Shown: one piece after another, positions 1 to 9,874 of the stretch
Numbering within the stretch: the stretch's first letter is position 1
Layout: every line of letters begins with the position of its first letter
Assembly (NCBI RefSeq): GCF_000284115.1
Contig: NC_017080.1
Span: 2,340,001 to 2,372,000, forward strand
Source of the DNA: Phycisphaera mikurensis NBRC 102666
GTDB taxonomy: Bacteria; Planctomycetota; Phycisphaerae; Phycisphaerales; Phycisphaeraceae
Direction of reading: 5' to 3'
DNA: 32,000 bases
Notes under the pieces: model-generated
Databases searched by the model: none
What the model saw: the letters and a program-made list of their open reading frames with translations, nothing else
What the model was told of the DNA's origin: nothing
Translations under genes and position numbers: made by a program

Positions 1-266
<266 letters not shown>

Positions 267-277
267 CGCAGTCCAAC

Positions 278-323
278 CCGCGGACCGTCGTCGCTGGCAA
301 GCGAAAACGTCCACGGTCCGCGG
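278..323. repeat. 46-bp bipartite palindromic element CCGCGGACCG-N26-CGGTCCGCGG (copy a, groEL1-groES intergenic)
   Basis: ccgcggaccg at 278-287, cggtccgcgg at 314-323, 26-nt spacer. Confidence 0.9.
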
Positions 324-388
324 CGCTTTCCCGACCCGCTCCGGCGAATCCGACTTCAATCAGAACCAACTCCCACAGGAACGAACCC

Positions 389-709
389 ATGGCCAAGAAG
401 GCCCCCACCAAGACCAAGTCCACCACCCTCAACCCCCTCGACGACCGCGTGATCGTCCAGCCCCAAGAGGCCGAGGAGCGCACCGCCTCGGGCATCTACC
501 TGCCCGAGGGCGCCAAGGAGAAGCCCCAGACCGGCACCATCCTCTCCGCCGGCCCCGGCAAGCGCGACGACGACGGCAAGCGCATCGCCATGAACGTCAA
601 GAAGGGCGACACCGTCCTCTACGGCAAGTACAGCGGCACCGAGATCGAGATCGACGGCGACAAGCTGATGATCATGCGGGAGTCGGAGCTGCTCGGCGTG
701 TACGAGTGA
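389..709 (+). CDS. groES: Co-chaperonin GroES
   Basis: NPLDDRVIVQPQEAEERTASGIYLPEGAKEKPQTGTILSAGPGKR...VKKGDTVLYGKYSGTEIEIDG. Confidence 0.97.
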   Translation: MAKKAPTKTKSTTLNPLDDRVIVQPQEAEERTASGIYLPEGAKEKPQTGTILSAGPGKRDDDGKRIAMNVKKGDTVLYGKYSGTEIEIDGDKLMIMRESELLGVYE

Positions 710-714
710 GCAAG

Positions 715-829
715 AGCGAAGAAGCGAAGAAGCGAAGAAGGGAGGAAGTCAGACAGCGGGCGTCGCTCGATGGACTTCCAAGCCTCACCTGCTGACTTCT
801 CCGCTTCCCAACTTCTTCGCTTCTTCGCT
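715..829. promoter_or_regulatory. Long imperfect inverted repeat between groES and groEL2 (possible attenuator/terminator)
   Basis: agcgaagaagcgaagaag (715-732, again 723-740) pairs perfectly with cttcttcgcttcttcgct (812-829); inner gaagtcag / ctgacttc also pair. Confidence 0.6.
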
Positions 830-879
830 TGAGCGGCGCAGCCGCTGCCCCCCCACCACGAACCAAAGGAGCCAAAACC

Positions 880-2493
880 ATGGCAACCAAGCAAATGATC
901 TTCGGCGCCGAAGCGCAGTCCGAACTCAGAAGCGGCCTCGAGAAGCTCGCCGCCGCCGTCAAGATCACGATGGGCCCCACCGGCCGCAACGTGATCCTCC
1001 AGAAGTCCTACGGCGGCCCCGCCGTCACCAAGGACGGCGTCTCCGTCGCCAAGGAAGTGGAGCTGGAGTCTCCCTTCGAGAACATGGGCGCGAAGATGGT
1101 CGTCGAGGTCGCCAAGAAGACCGGCGACAAGGCCGGCGACGGGACGACCACCTCGGTCGTCCTCGCCGAGGCGATCTACAAAGAGGGCCTGCGGCACGCG
1201 TCCGCGGGCGCGAACAGCGTCGCGCTGCAGCGCGGCATCAACGCCGCCGCCGAGGCCGCCAGCGAGGCGATCAAGGCGATGGCCACCAAGGTCTCCGGCC
1301 GCGACGACCTGGAGAAGGTCGCCACCGTCTCCGCCAACCACGACCGCCACATCGGCCGGCTGCTCGCCGAGGCGATCGACAAGGTCGGCCACGACGGCGT
1401 CGTCGAGATCGAGGAGGGCAAGACCGCCGAGACCGAGCTGGAGTACGTCGAGGGCATGCAGTTCGACAAGGGCTACCTGTCGCCCTACTTCATGACCGAC
1501 CCCAACCACGCCGAGGCGGTCCTGGAGGACACGCTGATCCTCGTCCACGAGAAGAAGATCAGCAACCTGCCCGACCTCCTGCCGCTGCTCAACAAGGTGG
1601 CGATGGCGCAGAAGCCCCTGCTCATCATCGCCGAGGACGTGGAGAACGAGGCCCTCGCGGCCCTGGTCGTCAACCGCCTCCGCGGCGTGCTCAAGGTCGC
1701 GGCCGTCAAGGCCCCCGGCTTCGGCGACCGCCGCAAGGCCATGCTCGGCGACATCGCCGCGCTCACCGGCGCGACCTTCATCTCCGAGGATCTGGGGATC
1801 CAGCTGGACAGCCTCGAGCTGGATCAGCTCGGCACCGCCCGCAAGGTGACCGTCGGCAAGGACAACACGACGATCATCGAGGGCGGCGGCAAGAAAGCCG
1901 ACGTCGACGGCCGCGTCAAGCAGATCCAGAAGCAGATCGAGACCACCACCAGCGACTACGACCGCGAGAAGCTCCAGGAGCGTCTCGCGAAGCTGACCGG
2001 CGGCGTGGCGATCCTCAACGTCGGCGGCGCGACCGAGACGGCGATGAAGGAGGCCAAGGACCGCGTCGACGACGCGCTGCACGCCACCAAGGCCGCCGCG
2101 GCCGAGGGCTACGTGCCCGGCGGCGGCGTGGCCCTGGTGCGAGCCATTGCGTCGGTGAAGGCCGGCCGCAAGGGTGCCAAAGGCGACGAGAAGCTCGGCT
2201 TCGACGTCGTCGCCGCGGCGCTGGAGGTGCCCCTCCGCCAGATCGTCGACAACACCGGCGAGGACGGCCACGTCGTCGTCGCCGAGGTGAAGGCCCACGA
2301 GGGTGCCTACGGCTACAACGCCGGCACGGCGAAGTACGAGGACCTCGTGCAGGCCGGCATCATCGACCCGGCGCTCGTCTCGCGCACCGCCCTGCTCAAC
2401 GCGGCCTCGGTCGCGGGGCTGATGCTCACGACCAACGTCCTGGTCACCGACCTCGACGACGAGGAGGAGCCGGTGAACGGGGCGACGGCGTAG
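880..2493 (+). CDS. groEL: Chaperonin GroEL (copy 2, no GGM tail)
   Basis: [62 protein letters not shown]...; ends [14 protein letters not shown]; ATG at 880 chosen over upstream in-frame start. Confidence 0.97.
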   Translation: MATKQMIFGAEAQSELRSGLEKLAAAVKITMGPTGRNVILQKSYGGPAVTKDGVSVAKEVELESPFENMGAKMVVEVAKKTGDKAGDGTTTSVVLAEAIYKEGLRHASAGANSVALQRGINAAAEAASEAIKAMATKVSGRDDLEKVATVSANHDRHIGRLLAEAIDKVGHDGVVEIEEGKTAETELEYVEGMQFDKGYLSPYFMTDPNHAEAVLEDTLILVHEKKISNLPDLLPLLNKVAMAQKPLLIIAEDVENEALAALVVNRLRGVLKVAAVKAPGFGDRRKAMLGDIAALTGATFISEDLGIQLDSLELDQLGTARKVTVGKDNTTIIEGGGKKADVDGRVKQIQKQIETTTSDYDREKLQERLAKLTGGVAILNVGGATETAMKEAKDRVDDALHATKAAAAEGYVPGGGVALVRAIASVKAGRKGAKGDEKLGFDVVAAALEVPLRQIVDNTGEDGHVVVAEVKAHEGAYGYNAGTAKYEDLVQAGIIDPALVSRTALLNAASVAGLMLTTNVLVTDLDDEEEPVNGATA

Positions 2494-2900
2494 CTCCGCC
2501 CGGCGGCGCCGGGCGGGGTGAGGTGCGGTCGGGATCGGGCTGCGCCCGGCGGAGCCCGGCAGCGCGGGGGAGCTGTCGGTTCTGTCGTGGCGCTGCCCCG
2601 AGAAGCCCGGCCCACCGAGCCGGGGCCGAGTGACGCCGGCACCTTGCAGCCTCTACTCGATCGCTCCACGGCCCAACGGCCTGGAGCGGCATGACTACGA
2701 TCCGGCCGAGCACGCGAACGCCTTCCCGGCGGCGTGCGAGACAAGCCGGTCCCCCTGAGCGGTCCCCCGCCGCTGCCCCGGGAAACGCATCCGCCGGAGC
2801 CATCGGGCTCCGAGCGCAGCGGCGGGTCCCCCGCCGCGGAGACCGACGGCTCCCCCGACTGACCCCGCGAAGCGGGGGTCCCCCCGCGAAGCGGAGTTCC

Positions 2901-4049
2901 ATGGCGACCCAACGCGACTACTACGAAGTGCTCTCCGTCGAGCGGACCGCCGACGGCGACACCATCAAGCGGCAGTACCGCAAGATGGCGATGAAGTACC
3001 ACCCCGACCGCAACCCCGGCGACGCGGCGGCGGAGGCCAGCTTCAAGGAGTGCGCCGAGGCGTACGAGGTGCTCTCCGACGCCGAGAAGCGGCAGCGCTA
3101 CGACCGCCACGGCCACGCCGGCCTCCGCGGCGGCCCCGCCGGCCACGACTTCTCGGGCATGAACGCCCACGACATCTCCGACCTCTTCGCCGACATCTTC
3201 GGCGGCGGGGGCGGCCGCCGTGGCGGCGGCGGGCGGGCCGGCGGCGTGCAGCGGGGGTACGACCTGGAGACGCAGACCTCCATCACGCTCGCGGAGGTGC
3301 TCGAGGGGGTCGAACAGGAGATCGAGTTCACCCGTCAGGACGTCTGCGAGACCTGCAAGGGCAGCGGCGGGAAGCCCGGCACCCAGCCCCTGGACTGCAC
3401 CATGTGCGGCGGCGCCGGGAAGGTCCGCCGCGGCGGCGGCTTCTTCCAGATGATCACGCCGTGTCCGAACTGCAACGGCACCGGCAAGGCCTACCCCTCG
3501 CCCTGCACGGCGTGCAGCGGTGAGGGCCGGGTGCCGCTCAAGCGGCAGCTGTCGGTCAAGATCCCACCGGGCATCCAGGACACCCAGGTGATCCGCGTGA
3601 GCGGCGAGGGCGAGCCCGGCGTCGCGCCCGGCGGGGCCGTCGGCCCCCGCGGCGACCTGCACGTGGTCGTCCGCGTGGAGGAGCACGAGCTTTTCGAGCG
3701 GCACGACGACCACCTGCTGCTGAAGATGCCCGTCGGCTTCACCCAGGCCGCGCTGGGCGCCACCGTCGCGGTCCCGACGCTCACCGGCGACGCGAGCGTC
3801 GACATCGGCGCCGGCAGCCAGGACGGGGACCTGGTCCGCCTCCGGGGCGAAGGCCTCCCGAACCTCCGGACGAACCGGCGCGGCGACCTCGTCGTCGAGC
3901 TGCACCTGGAGGTCCCCAAGAAGCTGACCCCGCGCCAGCGCGAGCTCCTCGAGCTCTACGCCCAGACCGAGGAGACCGACGGCCGCCCCGCCGACTCCAC
4001 GCCCCGCCAGCAGGGCTTTTGGGACAAGATCAAGACCTACCTGCAATAG
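2901..4049 (+). CDS. dnaJ: Chaperone DnaJ
   Basis: MATQRDYYEVLSVERTADGDTIKRQYRKMAMKYHPDRNPGD; four CxxCxGxG zinc-binding repeats; Gly-rich linker. Confidence 0.97.
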   Translation: MATQRDYYEVLSVERTADGDTIKRQYRKMAMKYHPDRNPGDAAAEASFKECAEAYEVLSDAEKRQRYDRHGHAGLRGGPAGHDFSGMNAHDISDLFADIFGGGGGRRGGGGRAGGVQRGYDLETQTSITLAEVLEGVEQEIEFTRQDVCETCKGSGGKPGTQPLDCTMCGGAGKVRRGGGFFQMITPCPNCNGTGKAYPSPCTACSGEGRVPLKRQLSVKIPPGIQDTQVIRVSGEGEPGVAPGGAVGPRGDLHVVVRVEEHELFERHDDHLLLKMPVGFTQAALGATVAVPTLTGDASVDIGAGSQDGDLVRLRGEGLPNLRTNRRGDLVVELHLEVPKKLTPRQRELLELYAQTEETDGRPADSTPRQQGFWDKIKTYLQ

Positions 4050-4123
4050 CAACCGACGACGCCGCGCGTCCCGCCGCCACCGCCCTTCCCGATGAACCGG
4101 CCGGGGGAGTGAAGAAGTTCCGC

Positions 4124-4714
4124 ATGGACCACGACCAGAACCACGACAGCGACACCGAGGACCTGACGCCCGAGGGCGAGGAGCCGACCTTCGACTTCGA
4201 CGAGCTCGCCGAGGAGATGCCCGGCGAAACCCCGCTCGACGGCGTCGAGGAGCCCGACGCGGCCGGCGAGCTCGCCAACCTCCGCGAGCAGGTCGCCGAT
4301 CTGGACGGCCGCCTCAAACGCACCGCCGCCGACTACCAGAACTACGTCCGCCGCAGCGCCCGCGAGGTGCTCTCGGCGCGGGAGCAGGGCAAGGCCGAGC
4401 TCGTCCGCGCGCTCATCACCAGCCTCGACCACCTCGACCGCGCCGTGGCCGTCGACGCCGCGAGCACCACCGCCGCCGAGGTGCAGCGGGGCGTTTCCTC
4501 GACCATCGAGGAGCTGGGCAAGGCCATGGCCGCCGCGGGGGTGACCAAGCTCACCCCCGCCCCCGGCGACGAGTTCGATCCGAACATCCACGAGGCCCTG
4601 ATGCACACCCCCGCCGAGGGCGTCGAGAGCGGCAAGGTCGCGGCCACCCTCATGCCCGGCTACCTCGTCGGCGAGGTTCCGGTCCGACCCGCCCAGGTCT
4701 CCGTCGCTCAATAA
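4124..4714 (+). CDS. grpE: Nucleotide exchange factor GrpE (start could be GTG 4109)
   Basis: ELANLREQVADLDGRLKRTAADYQNYVRRSAREVL...SSTIEELGKAMAAAGVTKL...GDEFDPNIHEALMHTPAEGVESGKVAATLMPGYLVGEVPVRPAQVSV. Confidence 0.93.
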   Translation: MDHDQNHDSDTEDLTPEGEEPTFDFDELAEEMPGETPLDGVEEPDAAGELANLREQVADLDGRLKRTAADYQNYVRRSAREVLSAREQGKAELVRALITSLDHLDRAVAVDAASTTAAEVQRGVSSTIEELGKAMAAAGVTKLTPAPGDEFDPNIHEALMHTPAEGVESGKVAATLMPGYLVGEVPVRPAQVSVAQ

Positions 4715-4721
4715 GTCGCCC

Positions 4722-5120
4722 ATGCCCACGTACGAATACGTCTGCAAGTCCTGCGGCCAGCCCACCGAGCACTTCGCCTCGATGAGCGCCAAGCCGCTGC
4801 GGAAGTGCCCGCACTGCGGGAAGAACCAGCTGGAGCGCCAGATCGGCACCGGCGCCGGCTTCATCTTCAAGGGCGGCGGCTTCTACGAGACCGACTACCG
4901 GAGCGAGGGCTACAAGAAGTCCGCCAAGGAAGACCAAGCCTCCTCCGAGCCCAAGGGGGAGCCCAAGGGGGACAAGCCCGCGAGCGGCGAGAAGCCGCCG
5001 CCGAAGGGCGACGGCGGCGGCAAGCCCGACACGCCCGGCCAGCCTGCGCCGAAGAAGAAGGCCGAGCCCAAGCCCGCCGCCGGCAAGCCGGCCCCCAAGA
5101 AGCCCAGGGGCGACGGCTGA
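4722..5120 (+). CDS. FmdB-type putative regulatory zinc-ribbon protein
   Basis: MPTYEYVCKSCGQPTEHFASMSAKPLRKCPHCGKNQLERQIGTGAGFIFKGGGFYETDYRS, low-complexity Lys/Pro tail. Confidence 0.85.
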   Translation: MPTYEYVCKSCGQPTEHFASMSAKPLRKCPHCGKNQLERQIGTGAGFIFKGGGFYETDYRSEGYKKSAKEDQASSEPKGEPKGDKPASGEKPPPKGDGGGKPDTPGQPAPKKKAEPKPAAGKPAPKKPRGDG

Positions 5121-5175
5121 GCCGACGCCGCGGACGCGGCACCCCGATCGCGCAGAAGCGGGGACCTCGACCCGC

Positions 5176-6669
5176 TCAGCGGGGCGTGGCCGCCTCGCTC
5201 TCCACCACGCGGAGCCGGGCGATCCCCGCCTTGCAACCCCAGACGAGGCTGCGGTCGGGCAGGATCGACTGCTGGTTGCCCCCGTCGAAGGCGGCATCGC
5301 CCGCGTCGCCGAGGTCGAAAGCCCAGGCCGTTTCGCCGGTCGTCCAATCCAGCGCCCGATAGACGGAGCGGCCCGCCTCCACGCCCTGCCCGTAGAGCAG
5401 GCCCGTGGCCGTGCTGACGGTGAGCACGTTGTTGAGGTTCACGTCCCCGCGGCTCCAGTCCAGGCGCAGCTCGGCCGCGTCGGCATCCCAGCGAGCCCGC
5501 TGCACGCCGGGCAGCGGGTCATCGACCGGGAAGATGCCGTTCCACTGTGCGACGGCGACGGCGTCACCCCACGCGGCGGGCGAGTTCTCGGTGCTGAAGC
5601 CGCGGCCCGCCGGCGTGGCGAAGGGCAACTCCAGCACGCCCGCCACCCGCGGGTCGAGCGCCTCGCCGCCGGCGACCCGCGGCTCCCACCCCGGGGGGAT
5701 CTCGCCGCGCCAGAAGGCAACGAGCCGGTTGGGGGTGCGGCCGTCGACGATCACCACCACGTCCTCGAGCAGCGTCGGCGTGGTGCCGCTGCCGGTGCCC
5801 TCCGCGCCCGCCAGCACGCGCAGCAGCTCGAGCCCGGGCCGCACCCGCCGCGGGGCTTTCGGGCCGCGCGTGTCGTATGCGGCGTGCCACACCGGCTCGA
5901 ACCGCTTGCCGGTCCAGCGAACCTTCGTCATCGCCAGGTCGCTCACGAGGTACACGCCGCCGTCGGGGTCGACCGGCTGGCTGTTGTGGCAGGCGATGTC
6001 GCCGTCCACCGAGGCGAGGTCCAACGAAGCCGCGAGAGCGAGCGCGGGAGCGGGCGAGCCGAGCCCCTCCACACGCAACGCCACGAGGTGGCCGGCGTCG
6101 GTGAGAACCAGCAGGTGGCCGTCGTAGGCGGCGGTGAGCGTCTGAGGCTTCCCGGGCACCGCCGCCGGCAGCACGAAGCGGGCCAGCTCGGCGATGGGGC
6201 TCTCCGCCTCGCCCGGCCGCCGGTCGCCGAAGAGCATCACCCGTCGCTGATTCGGATCGAGCACCGCCAGGCGGTTGCCGCGGAGCAGCACGCAGTTCCA
6301 GTGCAGGTCCATCTCGCGATCGATGCGGTGCTTGTCGACCAGCTCGAAGCGGGGCCCGTCCACGAGGACCTTCGTGACGTGCGTCACGGTCGCGCCCCAG
6401 ACCGGCACCGCCCCTCCGGCGTAGGGCTCGCCCACCAGCGACCAGCACGATGGACCGTTGGCCCGCGTCCGGATCACCTGCAGCTCCAGCGCCTCGCCCG
6501 CCACCGGCCCCGGCAGCGGCGTCGAGCCGGTGGCCGCCGGGTCGTGGTGAAACGTCGGCGAAGCCGACGCCGCGAGGAACGGGTTCCGCGGCGCCGGCTC
6601 GGCGGCGCCGGCGCCCGCCACGCCGACCGCGGCGGCGGCGAGGGCGGCAAGGGCGAAGCGCGGTCGCAT
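5176..6669 (-). CDS. Secreted protein, PQQ/beta-propeller-like, function unknown
   Basis: Signal peptide MRPRFALAALAAAAVGVAGAGAA; repeated blade-like segments (GNRLAVLDPNQRRVML, DGHLLVLTDAGHLVALRV, TGLLYGQGV...YRALDWTTGETAWAFDLG). Confidence 0.55.
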   Translation of the reverse strand: MRPRFALAALAAAAVGVAGAGAAEPAPRNPFLAASASPTFHHDPAATGSTPLPGPVAGEALELQVIRTRANGPSCWSLVGEPYAGGAVPVWGATVTHVTKVLVDGPRFELVDKHRIDREMDLHWNCVLLRGNRLAVLDPNQRRVMLFGDRRPGEAESPIAELARFVLPAAVPGKPQTLTAAYDGHLLVLTDAGHLVALRVEGLGSPAPALALAASLDLASVDGDIACHNSQPVDPDGGVYLVSDLAMTKVRWTGKRFEPVWHAAYDTRGPKAPRRVRPGLELLRVLAGAEGTGSGTTPTLLEDVVVIVDGRTPNRLVAFWRGEIPPGWEPRVAGGEALDPRVAGVLELPFATPAGRGFSTENSPAAWGDAVAVAQWNGIFPVDDPLPGVQRARWDADAAELRLDWSRGDVNLNNVLTVSTATGLLYGQGVEAGRSVYRALDWTTGETAWAFDLGDAGDAAFDGGNQQSILPDRSLVWGCKAGIARLRVVESEAATPR

Positions 6670-6885
6670 GCGGAGACGGTAGATGCCGCGGGCGGGCGGA
6701 GCCGGCGGTGTCGCCGCCGGGCGCTGCCCGAGCGTGGCCCGGGGGAAAGAGCCGTGTCGGAGCGGGGTCGGCGCAGCCTCTTGTGTCGGGCCGCGGCATC
6801 GCACGAACGCCCGGGTCCGACGGACGGAACCTTCGCGATCACCCGGCCCGCATCGGGGCGCAACGCGGCTGGATCGTCGTCGGGT

Positions 6886-8049
6886 TCAACGGACGGTGCT
6901 TCGTGGCTGTGCGGCCCGCTCCCGGCGAGCCCGCCTCCCCGCCCCCCGGTCCAGCGGCGACACCACCCCCAGCACCCCGCGCCCGCCGCCCGAGGTCAGG
7001 TGCAGGTACAGCATGGTCGTCTTGACGCTCTTGTGCCCCAGCAGCTCCTGCACCGTGCGGATGTCGTACCCATCCTCCAGCAGGTGCGTCGCGAACGAGT
7101 GCCGCAGCGTGTGGCACGACGCCTTCTTGTCGATCCCCGCCCGCTTCACCGCCGCAGCCACCGCCTTCTGCAGCGTGTTCTCGTGGAGGTGCCGGCGGAC
7201 CTCCACGTCCTGCGAATCCGCCAGCCCCAACCGCTCGAGAGCCGCCTGCATCATCGCGGGATCCTCCAGCGGCGCACCCCCCGACGCCGCCGAGCCGTCC
7301 ATGAACAGCCGCATCACCGGCGTGGGCGTCACCCGCGGGCTCGCGAACACGTACTGCCACGCCAGCGAGCGGCTCGCCGCCGGGGTCTTCCTCACCTGCG
7401 CGTACGGCATCGGCACCCAGCCCACCGACCCGCCCCGCTTCAAGTCCGCCTCGTGGCGGCGGTTCCGCCACGCCAGCTGCTCCCCCATCGCCGCGATGCA
7501 CCGCTCCGGCAGCAGCGCTGCGCGGTCCTTCGCGCCCTTCCCGTCCCGCACCATCACCCGCCCCCGCTCCAGGCTCACGTCCTTCACGCGCAGGCGGGTG
7601 ACCTCCGTCAGCCGCATCCCCGCCCCGTACAGCAGGTTCGCCATCAGCCCGTGCATCCGCGTGACGAGCGGATCCGCCGGCGCCTCCGCGACCGCATCCA
7701 GCACCGCCGCCACCTCCCCCCGGCTCAGCACCTCCGGCAGCCGCGCCGGCTTCTTCGCCCGCTTCGCCTCGAACGCCCCGAGCTTCTGATCGAGCACCTT
7801 CTCGTACAGGAACACCAGCGCGTTGAGCGCCTGGTTCTGCGTGGAAGCCGCGACCTTCCGCTCCACCGCAAGTTGCGTCAGGAACGCCTCGACCCCGGCC
7901 TCGCCAAGCGCCTCGGGCGACACCCACGCCCCAGCCACCTTCCGGTGATGCCGCAGGTAGCGCTCGATCCACCCCGTATACGCCTGCTCCGTGCGGAAGC
8001 TGTAATGCCCCCGCCGCAGCGCTTCGTGAACTTCCTCCATCAGCCCCAT
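6886..8049 (-). CDS. intI: Integron integrase (IntI-family tyrosine recombinase)
   Basis: [22 protein letters not shown]; [13 protein letters not shown]...[20 protein letters not shown]; WQYVFASPR; [22 protein letters not shown]; [39 protein letters not shown]; divergent from adjacent attC array. Confidence 0.95.
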   Translation of the reverse strand: MGLMEEVHEALRRGHYSFRTEQAYTGWIERYLRHHRKVAGAWVSPEALGEAGVEAFLTQLAVERKVAASTQNQALNALVFLYEKVLDQKLGAFEAKRAKKPARLPEVLSRGEVAAVLDAVAEAPADPLVTRMHGLMANLLYGAGMRLTEVTRLRVKDVSLERGRVMVRDGKGAKDRAALLPERCIAAMGEQLAWRNRRHEADLKRGGSVGWVPMPYAQVRKTPAASRSLAWQYVFASPRVTPTPVMRLFMDGSAASGGAPLEDPAMMQAALERLGLADSQDVEVRRHLHENTLQKAVAAAVKRAGIDKKASCHTLRHSFATHLLEDGYDIRTVQELLGHKSVKTTMLYLHLTSGGGRGVLGVVSPLDRGAGRRARRERAAQPRSTVR

Positions 8050-8159
8050 GGGGCCACGCTAGATTCTGCATTTGATGCCGTCAATATGGTACGATATGCA
8101 GAAATCGTTCGGCCACGACCCGACCCAGGACTTCAGGAACGGCTTGACAGCCCACGCCG

Positions 8160-8227
8160 GACAGATCAAACTCTTCCACAAGCGGTAGACGTTCTGCCGA
8201 CAGCATTCTGTATAATCACTGTTAGGC
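8160..8227 (+). other. Candidate attI site (core G|TTAGGC at 8221-8227)
   Basis: GTTAGGC core upstream of intI at the junction with the first cassette; left boundary not defined. Confidence 0.6.
8211..8216 (+). promoter_or_regulatory. Possible -10 box (TATAAT) of a cassette promoter just before the attI core
   Basis: Perfect TATAAT in very GC-rich DNA, 4 nt before the attI core; no convincing -35 at 16-18 bp. TTGACA at 8144 is an alternative. Confidence 0.3.
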
Positions 8228-8264
8228 CGCGGCAGCATTGCTGTGTCTCCCAGGAACTGCAACA

Positions 8265-8627
8265 ATGAGTCGGCGTAGCAGAGCCAAATTGGTGACGAAG
8301 AGCTCGGACATCGGCAGCCGGATCCTCAACTCTGCTCAGCTGAACGCTAGTTCTGCTGTCCCACGTTTCCTAGCTGGCCGCGAAGCACTAGAGTCCGCTC
8401 CTGCTCCAGCGGCCAAAAAGAAGAAAAAGCGTATCAAGCTGAAGCCGTTCGCCTGCGACGTTTGCGGCGAAGTTTTCAGCCTTAAAGCTATGGATAGGCA
8501 CAGAAGGCATGTCCATTTCATACCAACGCCACAACAGTCTGCTATGGTGAAATGCCCGCACTGCCGGAAAGCCGTGAGGCAGTGCAATCTGCGAAAGCAC
8601 ATGGAAAAAATGCATCCTCAATCTTGA
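8265..8627 (+). CDS. Cassette 1: small protein with two C2H2-like zinc fingers
   Basis: PFACDVCGEVFSLKAMDRHRRHVH and VKCPHCRKAVRQCNLRKHMEKMH; AGGA upstream of ATG. Confidence 0.75.
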   Translation: MSRRSRAKLVTKSSDIGSRILNSAQLNASSAVPRFLAGREALESAPAPAAKKKKKRIKLKPFACDVCGEVFSLKAMDRHRRHVHFIPTPQQSAMVKCPHCRKAVRQCNLRKHMEKMHPQS

Positions 8628-8648
8628 AGGCCAGCTCGCCGGCGTGCG

Positions 8649-8757
8649 GCCTAACCAGGCGTTGCAGCGGACCGGCAGTGTGTGCGGGTTTACAGTCCGC
8701 TCCGGGAACCAGGCCCGCCGTCAGTTCGGCCGGCCGCTGAACGCTTCTTCGTTAGGT
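8649..8757 (+). repeat. attC1
   Basis: GCCTAAC...GCGTTGCAGCGGACCGG...CCGGCCGCTGAACGC...GTTAGGT. Confidence 0.93.
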
Positions 8758-8770
8758 GCCTTGATCGACC

Positions 8771-9082
8771 GTGAGATTCACCTGGACCGATGCGGTGATC
8801 TTGACCGTCATCTGCGACCGGAATGAGTCTGGCGGGTCGAGTTACAGCTCGATTCTCACTCACGGTGACTTCTATGCCCGGTGCATCCTCACCGACCTGG
8901 AGTACTTCGGTGGCCTGCACAGGCTGATCGCGGCTGGGCACATCTACCTGGACGACGAACTGCTGTTTGCCGAAGACGGAGCTCTTGACTACTACTCATC
9001 TCCACCTGATGGTCTTGAGTACGCGGAGCAGCTCCTGGAACACATGATGGCGTTTCTCGGCGTCACTTGGGCGGGCACCTAA
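8771..9082 (+). CDS. Cassette 2: hypothetical protein (GTG start)
   Basis: MRFTWTDAVILTVICDRNESGGSSYSSILTHGDFYARCILTDLEYFGGLHRLIAAGHIYLDDELLF...; fills the cassette, stop TAA lies in the attC R'' core. Confidence 0.7.
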   Translation: MRFTWTDAVILTVICDRNESGGSSYSSILTHGDFYARCILTDLEYFGGLHRLIAAGHIYLDDELLFAEDGALDYYSSPPDGLEYAEQLLEHMMAFLGVTWAGT

Positions 9083-9185
9083 CCAGGCGTTGCAGCGGAC
9101 CGGCAGTGCCCGCGGGTTTACAGTGCTCCCCCGGTTTCAGCTGCGTCGTCGCTCTGGCCGGCCGCTGAACGCTTCTTCGTTAGGC
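9077..9185 (+). repeat. attC2
   Basis: ACCTAAC...GTTAGGC. Confidence 0.93.
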
Positions 9186-9515
9186 GGCGATGAACGCGGT
9201 CCGGTCTTCCCTGTGTGTCCGCCGTCGCGCACGTCCGCGGACCGTCGGCGGTTCCGGCCGCCCGTCCCTGCGGTCCGCGGCGCGGTCGTCCGCTGCGGGC
9301 TGGCCGCACCTCGTCGGCCGGGCGTCGTCGCCGCTCGTTTCGCTGCGGTCGGCGTCGCGGCCCCGGCTCGCCGGCCATCCGGTCGGCGGCCCTCGCCGCT
9401 CTACGCGTCGCCGCCTAACCAGGCGTTGCAGCGGACCGGCAGGGTGTGCGGGTTTACAGTGCTCTTCCTGTTCCAGGCCCGCCGTCAATTCGGCCGGCCG
9501 CTGAACACTTCTTCG
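9180..9515 (+). other. Cassette 3: 336 bp, probably non-coding, contains the 46-bp element; paralogue of cassette 6
   Basis: Bounded by attC cores; the only plus ORF runs through attC3. Confidence 0.7.
9235..9280. repeat. 46-bp bipartite palindromic element (copy b, cassette 3)
   Basis: ccgcggaccg 9235-9244, cggtccgcgg 9271-9280, N26. Confidence 0.9.
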
Positions 9516-9521
9516 TTAGGC
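9413..9521 (+). repeat. attC3
   Basis: GCCTAAC...GTTAGGC. Confidence 0.93.
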
Positions 9522-9859
9522 CGCACCCCAAGCGGGCTTGTGCTGCTGCGCACTCGCGCCGTGTTGCCAACCCGCGGACCGTCGCGGGTTTCGGCCCCTT
9601 TGCCCCACGGTCCGCGGCGCCTTCTCCTGCTGCGGGTCCGCCGCGGCCGGCTCAATCCGCGGCCTCGCGGGTCCAGCGTCGCGGTTGCCGTTGCGGTTCA
9701 AGCTCCGCCCCGCTCTCGGTCAGGGCGCCGCCGTCTTCCACGCTCCCCGCGTGCGGCCCAACCAGGCGTTGCAGCGGACCGGGGGTGTGCGCGGGTTTAC
9801 AGTGCTTCCCCCGGATCCAGGCCGCCGTTGGGGTCGCCCGGCCGCTGATTGCTTCTTCG
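9516..9859 (+). other. Cassette 4: 344 bp, probably non-coding, contains the 46-bp element
   Basis: Bounded by attC cores; no ORF with start and stop fitting the cassette. Confidence 0.65.
9572..9617. repeat. 46-bp bipartite palindromic element (copy c, cassette 4)
   Basis: ccgcggaccg 9572-9581, cggtccgcgg 9608-9617, N26. Confidence 0.9.
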
Positions 9860-9865
9860 TTAGGC
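9756..9865 (+). repeat. attC4 (subtype B)
   Basis: GCCCAAC...gggggtgtgcgcgggtttac...gttggggtcgcccggccgctgatt...GTTAGGC. Confidence 0.9.
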
Positions 9866-9874
9866 CGCATCAAT

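Noticed and set aside
619-2298. 559-aa minus-strand open frame
   Set aside because: Antisense to groEL2; no domain logic.
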